DNA of 57,928 bases from Girardia tigrina (Eukaryota). The translations under genes were made by a program, and so were the position numbers. The stretch covers positions 54,705-112,632 of the forward strand of contig MQRK01245260.1 of NCBI GenBank assembly GCA_001938485.1, written 5' to 3'. The stretch's first letter is position 1; the number at the start of each line of letters is the position of its first letter. Below, in pieces: positions 24,001 to 36,000 of the stretch. The notes under the pieces were generated by a model, which worked only from the letters and a program-made list of their open reading frames with translations, searched no databases and had not been told where the DNA came from.

Positions 24001-27000
24001 CAAAGCTAAATATCGAAAACTCCTTTAATGAGAAAATCTTGATGTTAAAAGACCGATCTGCACACTACTAAGCCTTCTCTTTCAAATGGAAACTAAACGT
24101 AGACAGAAAAAGCGAAGGCATCATTTAGTAAAAGTTCTTAGGCAATTATGTGAAAAGTTTTTGTGAATTCGATTTGGAGTAAGTAGAAATGGCTTTAAAC
24201 ACAGACTAGCATAAGGTGATTTCTGTTATAAAACATTTATAAAACATAATATTGATTGATAGCTTTAATGTCAAAGGATCTTCGAGAAATTGGTAGATTT
24301 ACTTACAGTCAATAATGAATGGTATCATGTAGGGTGTCCTACAGGGTATGCCTTCGCTAATTTTGATGTTAAATTAAAGTTTAAGGTCCATATATTGTAT
24401 ATTGACTAATAATTTTTTTTTAAAAATCTGGCATCATATAAGAAATTACGTAACAAAGTTTTTCAAAACATTTTGGAAAAACAAGTTAAATAATGACTCA
24501 TTTATAGATTATTCAATTTTAATCAACTTTTTTGAAGTAAACTTATGCCCTAAAATAAACAGTAACAAAGGTATTCAATAAAAAACAATATTTATTAATA
24601 TAAAAGATTTTCAAAGTGAGATCCTTCTGAAACAATTAAATTTCTTAATCGTTGCTCAAAGTTGTTTACAACTCTTTATAACATTTCAGGAGTGATCTCT
24701 CGAATCTTGGATTCAATTCGATTTTTTCATCTTCCAAATTTACCACTGGAGTTCCTTTATGAATCCCGCAAAAAATAATCGAATGGATTCAAATCAGGTG
24801 AATAAGGTGAATCAAGTGAACATATTCCTTTACCAGTAAATTTCTCTGAACCCAATCCAATTATTCGACTGTCGAAATTTTCTGAAAGATAATCGAATAC
24901 TTCGCAGGTTCTATGTGGTCTAGCATCATCTTGCATGAAATAAATGTCACTTATTTTTCCAAATCCATACAAATAAGGTACCACTTGTTCTTGAAAAATG
25001 TTTAAATAAACCGTTGATTTTATATTTTCAGAAAAGATAACCGGTCCATTAATCATTTCTGAAGATATACCACACCAGACAGTTAATCTTTTCGGATGCA
25101 AGGGTTTAATAATGGAAAAATATGGATTTTCTGATCCCCAAATTCTAAAATTTTGCTTATTAACGAATCCTTCCATTTGAAAGTGCACTTCATTTGAAAA
25201 CAAAATCTTTCCGAAATCAATATCGTTATTTTCTGCCATTTTCAACATTTGATTTGCAAATTCCAAACGTCTTTCACCAGAAAGTTGATTTATGGGTTGA
25301 TTGGTTTGAATCTTGTATATAAATAACGACAATTCTTTCTTGATAATTCTTTGTACCGATGATTTGCTGATGTCCAGTTGCTTGCTTGCCATTCTAATCG
25401 ATGTTGAAGGGTTTTGCTTGATCAATTCCCCCACTTTCTTAACATTTTCGTCAAGAATAACCGTATTTTTCTTCGTTTGCATCCCTTCTTTATTGTCTAT
25501 TACGCTACCAGTAGTCATAAATTTGTCAAATACTCTAAAATAATGATAAAAATAGTTTCATTCATTTTAAATGCCTTTACTAACCTTTTCATTGTCTTTG
25601 AATCTATATTGTGGTGATTTCCAAACCTTTCTTGAATAATTTAACCACTTCTGATGGTGAATTCGTATCCAGATAAAATAAAACCATAAAACATCGTTGT
25701 TCTGTAGAATATCGGTTCATTGTCGCTGAATAAAGATGAATCTTGAGCACTGTCGAAACTAAAACACACTCTAAATAAACAATATGGATTCTAGGGATCA
25801 AAAATTAATTACAAATTGATCGATTTATTGTTTTAATCGATGAAATTAATGTAAATATCGATAAATCAAAATTTTTAAAACTTGTAATTTATTGAATAAC
25901 TTTGTTACTGTTCATTTTAGGGCATATGTTTACTTCAAAAAAGTTGTTTAAAATTGAATAATCTATAAAATGAGTCATTATTTAACTTGTTTTTCCAAAA
26001 TGTTTTGAAAAACTTTCTTACGTAATTTGTTATATGATGCTAGATTTTTAAAAAACTTTTATTAGTCAATATACAATATGTTGGAAGCGTTGTTGAGTTC
26101 CTAAATTTTTTGAATTTTCAATCTTATCAAATTAATAATTAAACAATTACAATTCGTAAAATATTGTTATAGATATGTTAAAATAAGATTTTCAGAAATT
26201 TAATGTAAAAATTAATTTGTGTAAGAAATAAAATAAATTTTACGGCAGGTTTATTAAAAGATTTATTATAAAGTAAAAAAGTTAATTTCAATTTTGATGA
26301 AAATATATAATTGAAATAAAATCAAAAGTAATATAAAGTTTAATATTTTATTCGCGAAATGAAAATAAACTAAACTATTTTTTGGTAACTTTTATTTTAC
26401 ACGATTAAATAGAAGTAAATTAAAAAATGTAATTATTATTTTTTCTGGAAATTGTAATCGGAATCAAAATATAATTGTAAAACAATTAAATCGACTTAAA
26501 TAAAAATGCGATTTTAATTTTATTTTGGAAAACGTAATTATTAACGGAAATATAATTTTATTTTTTTATGTAAAAAAGGGGTAATTTAAAAGTTGTTAAA
26601 TTAAACGAAATTGCGATTTTAAATTCTATTTTCAAAACATTATTTTATTAAATCTAAAGTAATTTTTAAAACTATTATGAAAACGAAATGAAAAATGCTA
26701 TTGTATAGAATTGGGAAATTTAATCGAGAAACAGGTAAATTTAATCGAGAAACAGGTAAATTTAAATGTATAATAAAATTGAAATTTAATAAAAGACGCA
26801 ACAAAATCTTTGTGAAAATTTTAATAAATTCACTTTATAATTTTTTATTAAAAAAAGTATAGAATTTTAATTCGTAAAAATACAATAACCATATTTATAT
26901 TTATATCAATTCTTATTTATAATGCTTTGTGTAAAAAGAAAGTGCAAAAGTTCCTCGAAAATATTTGTTTAAAAAATTTAAATTGTGGAAGAAATAAAGT

Positions 27001-30000
27001 TTTGTGTTAATGACAACTTCTTTTGATCAAGAACCCAATACAATATATATACCCTAAACTTCAATTAAACATCAAAATTAGTGAAGGCATACCCTGTGGG
27101 ACACCCTGTATCATTTTCATGCATCTCGAGTCCTTCAACCACAAGAATAGTTTAATTGTATCTTTTATCAAAAAAGGTACTGAAGCAATGTTAAAGAATG
27201 TCAGAAGAAATAAAGCGTCGAAATGAACAACTGAAAGCGCCGCTAAATTGCTAATTATTGACTGTTTTCTGAAAAAAAGCTGGAAATTTATGGAAATGAT
27301 TGTATTTCAGTTTATATTTTTGTAAAATTTGATTATAATTTTGATTGTTATGATTGTTTTAATTAATAAAAAATTCTCTTCGAAATTACGAGGTGTAGGA
27401 TGACCAGATTTGGTATATATTTTATTTTAGCTAACTGGAATGCAACCAAGAAATGTTTTTTTGTTTTTCATTCTGCTAGGTGTCCACACACCTCTTTACT
27501 CAGGTTACTCTGGGTGAGACAGCCGGTTTAGTCGCTAACTATTCGACCATGGGACAGGTATTATAGGTTTACATGGTACCTGTAGCAGACAGATTACCTG
27601 ACCTGACCTGTAGTCAATGGCCCGCAATTTCCCTATCGGTCACCAAAATAAGTACTAACGTGACCGTTGGTTGCTTGACTTCGGAGATCGGACGAGATCC
27701 GATGTACCCAGCTGCGGCCATTGACTACTCACATTAACTACTAACATTGACTAAGAAATGTTAGCATTAAAAATTTCGATTTTCAGAAAAATAGAATTTA
27801 CGTCTCCGTGTGATTGATGTGAAGCGTAAGTTTTCTTTCTTTATGGTCTTCTATATATCTTATTTTTTGCATTATATTAACTTGCTTTGTATAAATGTAT
27901 CTATGGAATTTAGAAATCTATTTTGGAAGGTTTTTTACTGAATTAAATTTCTCCAAACTTTGCACAACTACTCATTTTCGATGACAAAAATAAAGTGAAG
28001 ATTTGATCAAAAAAGTTAATTAAATTAACTAAATTTCAATTTTCAATTCCCTAATCATTTTACAATAGACTAAAGGTGTATGTGTAAGTGTTTTCAAGAA
28101 TTTTGTAGGCCAAGTAGAACTCTGCCAACATAAACCATAGATAAAAATGTTTTTTTGATTTACTAGTCCATTTCTATTAATAATTCTAAAATGTCAATTT
28201 TATCACTAATTTTGTTTCAGTCACATATTTCATATTCGTCAGCAAAGAATTTAAGTTTACTAAAAATAGATCTATATCATTTTTATTTTCAAAAATAATT
28301 GCAATTTCATCAAAATAGCATTTATACAGTGCGTTCAGAAAGTCACTGTGCACCTTTCATTGTCTGGTTTATTTTTAGATAATCAGCGTTGTAGCAGACT
28401 TTTTAAATGCAAATTTATATGAAATCGAACTATGAAATAGATTCGTGAACAAAAAACATACCTACACACTTTGACCTTGACACTGTGCGTTCTAAATTTT
28501 TTTAAAAAAAATATCATTTTGATATTCAATCTAATCATTGACGAAAGTCAATTTATTGCGAAGTTAATTCCAATTGAAAATGGTTTTATCAACGGAGGAG
28601 AGAATATTTTTGATTGAACATGTCTTTCGTGCGAATGATGAATACACAGAAGCATTGAAGGAAAAATTTGCCGAAAAGTTTCCCGCAACAGCAATACCTC
28701 ATCAAAATGCAGTTCGAGCGTTAGTGAACAAGTTCAGAGAAACTGGATCCGTTCATGATGCCTCCCGCTCAGGTCGACCAACGATTTTAGCGGAGCAAAA
28801 AGTCAATGTTATTTCGAAAGCCATGAGTCAGAGTCCAACAAAGTCAATGCGCCGTTTATCTCAAGAAGTGAGTGTATCCGTTGGAACTGCACATGCCGCC
28901 GTGAAGAAAACTTTAAGCTTATATCCATATCGTATTACTTGTCAAAATGAGTTGAAAGACACAGACTTTGAAAAGCGACTCCAGTTTTGTCATTGGTTCA
29001 AGGAAAATCTGAATGAGGATGACATGCTCGACAAGACTTTTTTTCCGATGAAGNNNNNNNNNNNNNNNNNNNNNNNNNNNNNNNNNNNNNNNNNNNNNNN
29101 NNNNNNNNNNCAGTGAAAATCCGCATGAATTTGTTGAGAAGCCTCTGCATTCCTTGAAAGTTGGAGTATGGTGTGCCATGTCCAGGAGGCGTGTAATTGG
29201 TCCTATCTTTTTTACTGAAACCATAACATTAGAAAGGTCATTTTCAGCAGGATGGTGCAACAGTACATACCTCAAACATTTCGCTTCGTTTTTTGAATGA
29301 GATCTTCCCGAAGAGAATCATTTCCAAAGGAATTTTGCCGCCAAGATCCCCAGATCTAAGTGTTTTGAACTTTTACCTGTGGGGAGCGATAAAGCAAAAG
29401 GTTTACCGAAACAAACCACAAACTTTGCAAGACCTACGTGATAACATCCTACACCAAATTGAAGCCATCACCCAAGAGGAAATTCATCGAGTGTTCAAAA
29501 ACTTGAAACGTCGAATTAACGTTTGTATTCACGAACTTGGTGGGCATTACCAGCAGTTGTTGTGACTCTTTTCTTGTTATTTTTAATAAATTAAGAGACG
29601 GTCATTGTTCTTCACATAAAATTGACTATTCAAAATATTTTGTTATTGATTTTTAGAACACAGGATATCGTTCTTGTTTTGAAATTGCAGGTGCACAGTT
29701 ACTTTTTGAACGCACTGTATTTGAAGGAAAGATTAAAAGCAGTGTTGAGGTTGATGATGACAATACATGACACAGGAATTGAACATCTTTATGAACTTTT
29801 GTGGGTCCATGAAGTTTAACCAGCTAAGAACCAAGTTTTTACTAGCTGATTCATATTGTTAATATTATTATTACAATTGTCATCGATTTTTATTGACCGC
29901 TAATTAGATTTGTTTCAAAATAAACTACTTTTAGCAAACTGTTATGAAGTTTAACTTTTATGTATATATTTAAAATTTTATTACTCTATTTTTGTTACGT

Positions 30001-33000
30001 AAGTTTTATATTACTAAATAGCATTAATAACTTATTAATATTTCTGTATATTATTTACTATTTATATTTGATAAAGCATTTTCTTTTATCAAATCTTAAT
30101 TTAAAATTATTAAAGTATAAAATATAATAAATATTATACTGTTAAAATACCGAAATTTCGAATCTTTAATTTTAGACTCAAATTAAAATTTATATTTTGA
30201 GTAAAATAATTTCCATCGAATTTTTAAATATTTTTGAGATTTTCATAAAATATCACTTTGATTATTTGAAAGTATTTTAATAATTTTAATAAAAATTTGC
30301 ATATTAGACTTGTAAAAACATGTAACAAAAAATTTATAATTTTAAATTTATTTATATATTAGATTGTTGCATAAGTTTCGATCATTACATGAAACTATTA
30401 ATTCCACAAAGACTTTTGTAGTAAATGTTAAAGAATTTTGTATTAAGTGTTAAAAGCCCATACTTTAGAAGGTTAAGTAATTATTTTTGCCGATATTATT
30501 TTCTTTTTTAGAACAGTCAAATCACATTGTCGACACCTCTTTTTCGCCTTTAATCGAGGCCAAAAACCGAGTGAAGCTATCAGAGACATTTGTACTGTGT
30601 ATAGAAAGAACGCATTTTTCAGATTTAAACGCCATAGTTCCGATCTCAACAACACTCTTCGTTCAGGAAGACTAGTTGAGATTGACGAAGACCAACTAGG
30701 TGATGTTTGGAACTAAAATGGCTATCAGACATACAGAGAATTTTGGCAAAAAACCTTTATAATAACATCCAAGAGCTCGGTTCGGAGGTCAATTAACATA
30801 CACTATGTTCCCCAGACCTAAACCCGATGAATTATCATCTCTTCCACTGCCTTTTAAATAAAATGAGGGTCTTAGTTTCGGAAATAAGGATCATCTTCAG
30901 AACTAGGTCAAGAACTTTTTTAAGACTTGATCAATGATACTGGCGAAATGGAATCAACAAACTGGTGGAAAGGTGGGAAGAAGCTGCGAACAATGAAGAG
31001 AGTACATAATTGTTTAAAGTGTTTTTTTGCTCTTAAAATTTTATAATTTCATTAAATATATCGTTGATTGAGTTATTAATTTGTTATTTAAATTCTTTTG
31101 ATTTTTTTGAAAATAAATGTTTAAAAATCGAAGAAAATTTATGTAACAACCCAATAATATTTGATATTTACTTTAATTTACAAATAAGAATTTTAATATT
31201 TCAAGTTTTATCTTTTAATTATGTATTTATTCATAGTTATTTATATCAATAATGTATTTTTGAATCTGAGTAACAAGTGCAAACACATGGATTCTTTACG
31301 AAGCAGGACGTTTTGGCGCCGGCGTTTTGGCGCGACCGTTTTGGCGCAGGTCGTTTTGGTGCGAAGCCGTTTTTTATCAAATCAAAAGTCCGTGTTTATT
31401 AGTCCATCAAAAAATTATGCGCGATTACTCTAAGCTACTCGATGATGCTTCGTTCTCTGTAAGTCCCAACAATTGTTCTGATCCTGGCACCTGCAGCGAC
31501 GTATTTTCTGCGCTTTACAGACAGCTGATCTCCACGAACGAATTGCTCATATATAAGGTCACGTCCTTTTTGAACACCACGAATGCCGTCTATAAATTTC
31601 CAAATATTTGGATGATCCACCCCGAATTCGGTTTGGAATCTTCGATGTGCTGCTTCCACGTAGTTGTTGGTTCGATCCTCTCCATTCACTGTTCTCTCGT
31701 AGGCAGACCACATATGAGAAGGAAATAATGCACGACGTCGAGTCTGGTTACGATTTTGACGTCCAATGTAGACATGCTCAAACTAATCTATTATTGGTGT
31801 GAGGTCCTCCATAATTTTGTTTTCCAGTGCCTCCAAAGCACCATCAAGGTCTTTGATTGGAATAAAGGAGAGAGCGACTATCATTCTGGCAGAAAAAGCG
31901 AATTCAGGATCGATGTTATATCGGCTAACCAGACCTTCCTCTGCTAGCTTCTTCCGCATGTTCTTCGTCAAATGAAAGAGGCATCCATGGATTGCACAAT
32001 TCGGAAACACAGTCCGAATAGCTCCAATTGCGGCCTTTTCAAAGTCGATAGAAATTGACGATGGGTTGAGATATGACTTTCAATTCTTTAATGGCTTCAA
32101 ACAATCGTCGGTATGTTCTTCCTTCTTTGTTCGGTAGCAGAGCATATAGAACCGGTAGCACAAATTCTCTTCTGTTTGCCATGATTACATATATCGGTGC
32201 AAAAAGAGCAGGAGCTACGCTAAATGTTCCATCCACATATAGTCTGTCCAATTGGTTACTCCAATCACCATTCGACTGTCGGCCAAAGAGAAAAATGCGA
32301 TCTTCATCTTGTTCTCCAGAATCCCATAAAAGAATTTCTTCCATCTGATCTGGTGCGACTTCGTAAATTCTGTATACATCCGGAATGATAATTGAAGCTC
32401 GATCGACCGGTTGTGGAGGAGCTGCTTGATTGTGTTTTCTTAAACGCTGAATAACCTTGCGAATGGCATCTTTCTTTAGCATCTTCACTTGAACGGCAGT
32501 CGAGGTTCCTTGGAGAGCACTATTGAGGATAACTGGTGGAATTTCAGATGTATCTATTGCCTTCCTTTTGATTCCAGTCATTATCATGGCAGTTCGAAGT
32601 TGCACTGCATCACTTCCGTGACTATGCTGGTTCATCTGCTTCAGAACACGATCATTTGTTCGTGGAGATCAGCCGCCTGTAAAGCGCAGAAAATACGTCA
32701 CTGCAGATGCCAGGATCAGAACAATTGTTGAGACTTACAGAGAAGGAAACATCATCGAGTACCTTAGAGGAATCGCGAATAATTTTTTGATGGACTAATA
32801 AACACGGACTTTTGATTTAATAAAAAATGTTTTAGTAAAATGTTTTTTTAAGTATCCATCTGTAGAAAACAGATTTTATTAAATAAACACGGACTTTTGA
32901 TTTAATAAAAAACGGCTTTGCGCCAAAATGACCTCGCGTCAAAACGGCGGTGCCAAAATGTCACGTACCGGATTCTTTACGTGAGAGCATCAAAAAGGTA

Positions 33001-36000
33001 ACGGGTCACTGAAATTTCATTCCTTTAAAGACAGGATTGTAACGTAAGTCTTGTCCGATACACAATAATGTTTATTCACCCAAACACAGCAACAAGTACA
33101 TTAACAAATTGATACTCAATATGCTACTTTCAGTGTATCTGAAATATTCCAATGTTTTTTGAACACTTCATTTGCGTGTTTTATTTATATCTTATTTAGA
33201 TAATTGTTACAGTTAGCATTATTTAAAATGAGATCATTATTGCGTGGAATATTATGGAATGTAAGAGAAGCGACTTGAGAAATCTGAAAATGTTAAAAAG
33301 ATGGTATATGTGTACCAGCAATTGAAAGGAAGATGAACTTTATCATTGACAGAAGTTCTGTTTCTACTAGACACAGTCGACAAACAATCTCAAAATTTGT
33401 TGTTGATAACTTTTCATGCGAAAATTAAGACAAAAATCAGTGATCAATGATCATAGATTACGTAGAAGACTGAATCAAAGACTTTTTGAAGTCTTGCAAT
33501 TATACTTGAACCAATAATGTCGTAGAATAAATCAGTGTATCACACAATGCTACTCTAATATTTACATAAAATGATCAAAAAATACTCAGCGAATAGATGT
33601 TTTTCCATCCATTGTGTGTTGAAAACAAACCCAACAGGAAAGAGTTTGTTGCAAATGATAACTTTTAATGAATTGTGGGTCGTTGGGTCAATGTTGACCG
33701 ATCTTGTTCCAATCGATTGTGACACGGTGCATGTGATCAATGAACAGCATTAATTTGACGATATTTAAGTTTCTTGAGGAACCATTTTCTGGGATGTGGA
33801 AAACATTTGTGTGAGTGATGTACTTTTTCCAGGAAAAATCAGATACAGAAATTTACTTTACCCATTTAGATAAACTTGTGGAAACAATTTAACAAAAGAT
33901 GTACCGGTTGCAAGGAAACATTTTTGAAAATTTACATTTCCTTCCATATAATAATAGACCTTTTACAATATAAAACCCCATTCACCATACTTCACAGATC
34001 TTTTCCTCTGGTTTCTCATAAGAAACCAGACCCTCTAACATTCAGCTGAAGACATTAATAATAAAAATTGACTTTCTTCAAAACCTTCAGAGTTCTATAT
34101 GGCAGATATAAAACAAATTTTATACCGCTGGCAAAAATGTGTAAAGCGAGAAGGGGAACTATTTCCAGCTTCTCGAGACACTGATGAGTGATTTTTTGAT
34201 AAAATTTGTTAATTTATATGTTGCCTATGTTGGATAAATAAATATAACTTTGTTAAGACATATTTTTATGTATTTTAACATCAGAAACTAAATTTTAAAA
34301 AAATTGTACGTTACATTTGTTATATCTACAATTGACAATCTTGATATAATCCACCACACCTTATTAAATCATTATATAAATTATAAGTTCATCTTTTGAC
34401 TATATTTTATGTGGTTATAGAAAACTTGAATGCTTGTTTGGTCCACCTTTAGGTTGGTATTCATTAAAGTTTAAAAAATAAATTTATTAGAATTAAATAA
34501 CAAAAGAATTATTTATTATAATGTATAAATAATTACTTGAGATTTTTATTTTCTCCGAAATCATATATCTTATCCGTCACGTAGAGAGAATTATTTCTAT
34601 CAGAAGTGTCAGCATTCTTGTCCTTCAGACTCGAGGTGCTTATTGACCTCATCTAAAAGTCAATTAAATTCTAATAAAAATGCAATCAGAGACATTTAGT
34701 TACCACATAAGTAAATTTGACTGTTATTACCAATGTATCTCATTAACTTGACTTTACGAAGTTGGTGAAAAATGAAGATTGTCAATAACTCGTCAAATCG
34801 ACACTACTTTTACCCTGATGTCTCAGTCAAGCCATGGAAGGGTAACAAGAAAAGCTAAAAAACTCTTCAGAAATGGGAAAGCTTAGTAATTGTACAAGGT
34901 CATTTTAGGTAAAATATTTTCCATAATTTTATCCTTCAATAACTGTACAAGTGAAAGACTGAAGAATTTGAACGTAAACTTGTATTTTAGGTTTTTCTAC
35001 ATGATGCTACGTCTTGTGCACGATAATATTTGTACTACAAATCAGATTTTGTAAAACCGTTGAATTTAGAATGTGGCCGTTTAGAGGACACTTCGTTCAA
35101 GAAGCGTTCATAAAAGCTTTAAAGAAACATTCCGAAAAATACATTTTTATATTTTGTATGGCAAGTCTTATCGCAAACCCTCGATTTATTACATGTTTTA
35201 CAAATTTTGTTTTGAAAAACATGCTACAGTTAATCAGACATTAATTAACGCATTTGTTAATGTTAATTTTATATTTTATGGTATATGTTACTTTACTTTC
35301 TAAATTCCAATTTGCATTTTGTGATATGTTTCAACCAATTTTACAATTTTATATTTTGTATAAATCAAAAAACTTCTATTTCGTAAAAAGTTTTCGTTAA
35401 TCAGTTTTATTAGGGGTATCCTTTGAAAATTTCGTTTTTTATTAATATTTTTAAATAAAGATTACATAATTTTTATTATATTTTATTACTAGAAAGTTTG
35501 TAGGCGGCAAGTCGCCCGTGAAAAAAAACTTTAAAATCTAGAAATTTTTTTAATTTTTGAAACACTTAACTTGAAAAAAAATCCAATAAAAATTCACTTG
35601 ATTTTACTTGTTTTCATTAAAAAATTGTTGATTCAGAGTTTGTACGAGGGTGGGTCAATAAATCCGTGACTTTTTGAATTTCTGACCTCGTTACTGAAAA
35701 GCAACACTGCTCCTGTCAACAGGCATGAGTCAGTTGACTCCTCTCAAAAATTTTAACTTGCTGAGTCATTTAGTTTGTGTGNNNNNNNNNNNNNNNNNNN
35801 NNNNNNNNNNNNNNNNNNNNNNNNNNNNNNNNNNNNNNNNNNNNNNNNNNNNNNNNNNNNNNNNNNNNNNNNNNNNNNNNNNNNNNNNNNNNNNNNNNNN
35901 NNNNNNNNNNNNNNNNNNNNNNNNNNNNNNNNNNNNNNNNNNNNNNNNNNNNNNNNNNNNNNNNNNNNNNNNNNNNNNNNNNNNNNNNNNNNNNNNNNNN

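Noticed and set aside
27610-27728. Functional 5S rRNA gene
   Set aside because: Diverged 5' and 3' domains, no oligo-T terminator, and embedded in a TSD-flanked A-tailed unit.
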